A stretch of 12,167 nt of DNA from Candidatus Nanohalobium sp. GTDB lineage: Archaea; Nanohalarchaeota; Nanosalinia; Nanosalinales; Nanosalinaceae. The notes under the pieces are model-generated. The model saw nothing but the letters and a program-made list of their open reading frames with translations, ran no database searches and had not been told where the DNA came from. Location of the stretch: positions 1 to 12,167 of the forward strand of contig JBDGSM010000034.1 in the NCBI GenBank assembly GCA_042217545.1, in the 5' to 3' direction. Position numbers and translations under genes: made by a program. Below are positions 9,112 through 12,167 of the stretch, piece by piece. Within the stretch, counting starts at the first letter, position 1. The number at the start of each line of letters is the position of its first letter.

Positions 9112-10692
9112 ATGAACCGCAACCCTGTCAAACAGGATATAGCAGATGCAGAAAGGCTGGAAGAGATTGTCAGAACTTCATCAGAGTACGAGGCCTCACA
9201 TCTTGTAAAGAAACTAGGCCTCACCAAGCATCTTCCTCTAAGATACAGACATAAAGAGGAGAAACCTTCTCCTGAAAGACTTCGTGAACTTCTTGAAGAG
9301 TTAGGCCCTACATTTGTCAAGTTCGGACAGATAATGGCTCAGAGGCCTGATATCGTACCTGAAGACTATCTTGAGGAGTTGAAGAAGTTGCAGGACGACG
9401 TTAAGGCCTTTCCAGGCGAGGAATCGAAGAGTATAGTTGATGAGGAGATAGGACTTGATGTTTTTGACGAGTTTAACGAGGAGCCGGTTGCAGCTGCTTC
9501 CATAGCACAGGTTCATGAGGCCTGGATCGACGGTGAGAAGGTTGCGGTTAAGGTTAGAAGGCCGGGCATCAAGGATCAGATTACTACGGATCTGGATTTG
9601 ATGAGGTATATGGCTGCGAAAGGTGAGAAGCATTCTGAGACATTAAGGGATATACGGGTCAGTAAACTTGTGGAGGAGTTCGCGGACTGGACTATGGATG
9701 AGCTTGACTTGACAGAGGAGGCTATGAATGCTCAGGCCTTCAAGAAGAACCTTGAAGATGAGGAGGACGTGAAGGTTCCCGAAGTTTATCCTGAGAACAC
9801 TACTGAGAAAGTTCTTGTCATGGAGTTTGTAGAGGGCACAAAATCTACTAACAACGAGAAGATAGATAAGTTGGACCTGGATCGGGAGAAGATCGCTGAG
9901 ACCGGTATCAGGTCAGGCCTTAAACAGACTATCAGAGACGGTCTCTTCCACGCAGATCCACATCCATCGAACTTCCTGATACAGGAGGACAACACCCTTG
10001 TCTACCTTGATTTCGGGATGATGGGCAAGATCACGCCGAAGACCAAGGATCAGATGGGCCTTATCCTGATGCATACCTTGAACGAGGATATTGAAGGGGC
10101 GATGTCGCTGATCGAGGACATGGCCTATATAGAAGACGATGCCGACCTTGAAGGCCTGAAAAAGGATATAGAGGAGAAGATGCTCGAGCTGAGGAACAGC
10201 ACCTTGAAGCAGAACAGCATCACTTCCTCAATGCTTGAGATTACAGTAAGTGCTTCGGAGAAAGGAGTTCACATGCCGTCATCATTCGTCCTTGTAAGCA
10301 AGACCCTTCTGACACTTGAATCCATAGGCCTGAACGTGTATCCTGAGTTCGAGATCCAGGAAGAATATCAGGACATGGCGAAGGATATGCTGCTGAAAAA
10401 TAACGGGCCAAAAGATATCATGGAATCGTTCGCGATTGACCTAGTTCAGAACAAGGAACTGATCTCCAAGGCACCTAGCAAGATAAATAGGACTCTTGAA
10501 AACATAAACAAGAAACAGCAGCATCAGGTTATACAGGAAAAGGCCTCTGGCAACAGTAAAGCAATTATCATTACAGGCCTTCTGGTTTCGTCATCGATAT
10601 TTGCGTTCAACTCTTTCCCAAGTCAGTGGTCAAATCTTGTGGCGTTGACCGAGATCATACTGGCGTTCTTCCTCATGTACGAGGTACTGTAG
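9112..10692 (+). CDS. AarF/ABC1/UbiB family atypical protein kinase with C-terminal hydrophobic helices
   Basis: [10 protein letters not shown] (KxGQ), [26 protein letters not shown] and LDFGM; two hydrophobic segments at the C-terminus. Start placed at ATG 9112 rather than TTG 9079. Confidence 0.93.
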   Translation: MNRNPVKQDIADAERLEEIVRTSSEYEASHLVKKLGLTKHLPLRYRHKEEKPSPERLRELLEELGPTFVKFGQIMAQRPDIVPEDYLEELKKLQDDVKAFPGEESKSIVDEEIGLDVFDEFNEEPVAAASIAQVHEAWIDGEKVAVKVRRPGIKDQITTDLDLMRYMAAKGEKHSETLRDIRVSKLVEEFADWTMDELDLTEEAMNAQAFKKNLEDEEDVKVPEVYPENTTEKVLVMEFVEGTKSTNNEKIDKLDLDREKIAETGIRSGLKQTIRDGLFHADPHPSNFLIQEDNTLVYLDFGMMGKITPKTKDQMGLILMHTLNEDIEGAMSLIEDMAYIEDDADLEGLKKDIEEKMLELRNSTLKQNSITSSMLEITVSASEKGVHMPSSFVLVSKTLLTLESIGLNVYPEFEIQEEYQDMAKDMLLKNNGPKDIMESFAIDLVQNKELISKAPSKINRTLENINKKQQHQVIQEKASGNSKAIIITGLLVSSSIFAFNSFPSQWSNLVALTEIILAFFLMYEVL

Positions 10693-10729
10693 ACGGTTTA
10701 GGTCGAACAACCTTTGTTGGGGAAGTGGG

Positions 10730-10737
10730 TATAAAAA
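10730..10737 (+). promoter_or_regulatory. Putative TATA box of a leaderless rps12-rps7 transcript
   Basis: TATAAAAA 27-34 nt upstream of the rps12 ATG at 10764, with no SD in between. Confidence 0.6.
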
Positions 10738-10763
10738 GGTTAACTTCGATTTCTGTGTTACGT

Positions 10764-11186
10764 ATGGGACTGTACAACGCACGTAAAATGAGGAAGAAAC
10801 GCCAGCAGTACCGCTGGAGTGACAAGGATTACAAGCGAAGAATGCTTAATTTGAAGGAGAAGGCAGACCCGCTAGAAGGATCTCCACAGGGTCGTGGAAT
10901 TGTACTTGAAAAACGTATTATCGAGGCTAAGCAGCCTAACTCCGCACTGAGAAAATGTGTACGTGTACAGCTCCTCAAAAACGGTAAACAACTAACTGCT
11001 TTCGTTCCAGGAGACGGAGCGATCGATCACATCGACGAGCACGACGAAGTACTGATCGAAGGTATCGGAGGAGCAGACTCCGGACCAAAGGGAGACATCC
11101 CAACGGTACGCTACAAAGTCATCAAAGTCAACGGAGTAAGCCTGGAAGAGCTCGTCGCAGGAGAACAGCAGAAGCCAACAAGGTGA
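10764..11186 (+). CDS. rps12: 30S ribosomal protein S12 (uS12)
   Basis: MGLYNARK..., [40 protein letters not shown] and GDIP-x-VRYKV. True start ATG 10764 (140 aa); the ORF-track extension to 10626 overlaps the kinase gene. Confidence 0.98.
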   Translation: MGLYNARKMRKKRQQYRWSDKDYKRRMLNLKEKADPLEGSPQGRGIVLEKRIIEAKQPNSALRKCVRVQLLKNGKQLTAFVPGDGAIDHIDEHDEVLIEGIGGADSGPKGDIPTVRYKVIKVNGVSLEELVAGEQQKPTR

Positions 11187-11190
11187 TAAA

Positions 11191-11247
11191 ATGACTAAAA
11201 TCGCAGATTTTATGGATTCAAAGAAAACACGAGGTGTTTTCGAATAA
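11191..11247 (+). CDS. Putative 18-aa intercistronic mini-ORF (MTKIADFMDSKKTRGVFE)
   Basis: ATG at 11191 follows AAGGTGA, which contains the rps12 stop. Its TAA (11245-11247) overlaps the rps7 ATG as TAATG. Translation is not demonstrated. Confidence 0.45.
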   Translation: MTKIADFMDSKKTRGVFE

Positions 11248-11873
11248 TGACAGACGCAGCAAAGCTCGACCTTGAAGACGAACTTCTCACAATGGGACGC
11301 TGGGACGCATCAGAGGCCCAGGTCTCCGACGACGGACTTGTAAGATACATCAGCCTGGAGAACATCCTGGCACCAAGATCCAAGGGAAGACACGTCGAGA
11401 AACAGTTCTACAAGGCAGACGTCCCGATCGTGGAAAGACTTCTCAACAGACTCTACGTCGCAGGACACAGAGGACAGAAGCACTACATCACATCCGGAAT
11501 CAACGCTGGAGACAGTGAAAAACTCTGGAACGTAATCGAAGACGCCTTTGAAATAATCGAAGAAGAAACCGGCGAAAACCCTGTACAGGTACTCGTTGAC
11601 GCTATCGAAAACTCCTCACCAACTGAAGAAGTAGTCACATACCAGAGAGGAGGAGTCCGTGCAAGAAAAGCAGTTATCGTATCACCTCAAAGACGAGTAG
11701 ACCTGGCACTCAGACTACTCGCACAGGGCGCATACGAGAAGCGCCTCACAGACTCTGACTCAGCGGCACAGACAATCGCCAATGAGATCATCGAAGCAAG
11801 CAACGGCAACAGCGACATCAGAGCAGTCAGAGAAAAGGAAAGAAGAGAAAGAGAAGCAGAAGGCGCACGCTAA
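11247..11873 (+). CDS. rps7: 30S ribosomal protein S7 (uS7)
   Basis: GRH-x-x-KQF-x-KA-x-VPIVERL, ENPVQVLVDAIENS-x-P-x-EE, VSPQRRVDLALR and a C-terminal KE...ER-x-A-x-x-AR. SD GAGGTG at 11231-11236. Confidence 0.97.
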   Translation: MTDAAKLDLEDELLTMGRWDASEAQVSDDGLVRYISLENILAPRSKGRHVEKQFYKADVPIVERLLNRLYVAGHRGQKHYITSGINAGDSEKLWNVIEDAFEIIEEETGENPVQVLVDAIENSSPTEEVVTYQRGGVRARKAVIVSPQRRVDLALRLLAQGAYEKRLTDSDSAAQTIANEIIEASNGNSDIRAVREKERREREAEGAR

Positions 11874-11955
11874 GGCCTTCACAAACCTTTTCCCACATAT
11901 CCTCCCTCCCTATTTCATTTCCCCCTCCAGTTATCTCATAACATTTCAGTTCTCA
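11874..11955 (+). terminator. Probable termination region after rps7 (pyrimidine-rich, G-poor tract)
   Basis: CCTTTTCCCACATATCCTCCCTCCCTATTTCATTTCCCCCTCC... directly after the stop. Archaeal terminators are typically T/pyrimidine tracts; the exact 3' end is unknown. Confidence 0.4.
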
Positions 11956-11983
11956 ACTACCGTTTAGAGGCCTCAAAAACCCG

Positions 11984-12040
11984 ATGACTGAAAACGTAAG
12001 ATTCTGCCCTAAGCCGAAAACCGGAGGTTTTCTGGTTTGA
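11984..12040 (+). other. Short 18-aa ORF (MTENVRFCPKPKTGGFLV), possibly the displaced original 5' end of the zinc-ribbon gene
   Basis: ATG 11984 to TGA 12038-12040. The first 10 codons resemble the start of the downstream ORF (TQNQRFCPN); the remainder reads through the palindromic element. Confidence 0.5.
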
Positions 12041-12060
12041 CACAAAACCAGAGGTTCTGT
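12016..12060. repeat. Tandem double-palindrome (REP/MITE-like) element
   Basis: GAAAACC-GGA-GGTTTTC (12016-12032, perfect 7-bp stem) and ACAAAACC-AGA-GGTTCTGT (12042-12060, 7 of 8 pairs). Shared core AAAACC(G/A)GAGGTT. Alternative stem TCTGGTTT/AAACCAGA (12031-12038 with 12045-12052). Confidence 0.65.
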
Positions 12061-12167
12061 CCGAACTGCGGCTCCACAAACGTGGAGTTCGATACGGACC
12101 ATACGAACGTGATAGGCGACATCATCGCGAACCAGAACAAGTGGCTGTGCAACGAATGCGGCTACAG
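12037..12167 (+). CDS. Small zinc-ribbon (CPxCG...CxxCG) protein, truncated by the right edge
   Basis: TTG 12037 with SD GGAGGT (12023-12028). Translation MTQNQRFCPNCGSTNVEFDTDHTNVIGDIIANQNKWLCNECGY..., open to the edge; not in the ORF track. The start codon is uncertain. Confidence 0.75.
   Translation, partial: MTQNQRFCPNCGSTNVEFDTDHTNVIGDIIANQNKWLCNECGY

Larger units (their letters stand above)
385..11973. repeat. Dispersed, highly iterated palindrome AGGCCT (about 36 copies)
   Basis: Hand-located starts: 385, 490, 891, 935, 1104, 1665, 2239, 2998, 3196, 3824, 4545, 5345, 5396, 6253, 6300, 6619, 7045, 7374, 7935, 8099, 8623, 8997, 9042, 9191, 9216, 9343, 9404, 9518, 9734, 9915, 10152, 10326, 10541, 10575, 11873, 11968. 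Confidence 0.85.

Noticed and set aside
1839..9995. Many 60-170 aa antisense or alternate-frame ORFs inside the rpo, nusA and kinase genes
   Set aside because: They overlap well-supported conserved genes, have no motifs, and show the Ser/Leu/Phe/Val-rich composition expected from the antisense of acidic-protein codons.
10626..10763. 46-aa N-terminal extension of uS12 in the ORF track
   Set aside because: It overlaps the kinase gene and spans the TATA box; uS12 similarity starts at ATG 10764.
12016..12060. Palindromic repeats read as a CRISPR array or IS end
   Set aside because: Only two short units separated by 9 nt, no spacer-length sequence, and no cas or transposase gene in the window.

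Overview
Archaeal core-genome window, most consistent with a salt-in DPANN lineage such as Nanohaloarchaeota. That assignment is an inference from the very acidic proteins, moderate GC, split RpoB and divergent RNA polymerase. Gene order: <-nucS (5' part, runs off the left edge, absent from the ORF track) | radC-> rpo5(H)-> rpo2N(B'')-> rpo2C(B')-> rpo1N(A')-> rpo1C(A'')-> nusA-> AarF/ABC1/UbiB kinase-> rps12-> rps7-> small CxxC/CxxC zinc-ribbon gene (runs off the right edge). Signals the gene list does not explain: (1) about 36 hand-counted copies of the palindrome AGGCCT, about 3 expected, in all reading frames and in intergenic DNA; (2) two similarly built SD-equipped mini-ORFs (23 and 18 aa) between rpoB''/rpoB' and between rps12/rps7; (3) a double-hairpin element at the start of the zinc-ribbon gene, flanked by two versions of its N-terminus; (4) non-canonical residues in the RNAP bridge helix, trigger loop and RpoB active-centre motifs; (5) a kinase gene splitting the nusA-rps12 link, and a divergent nucS/radC pair. 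No tRNA, rRNA, CRISPR array, transposase or intein was recognised.
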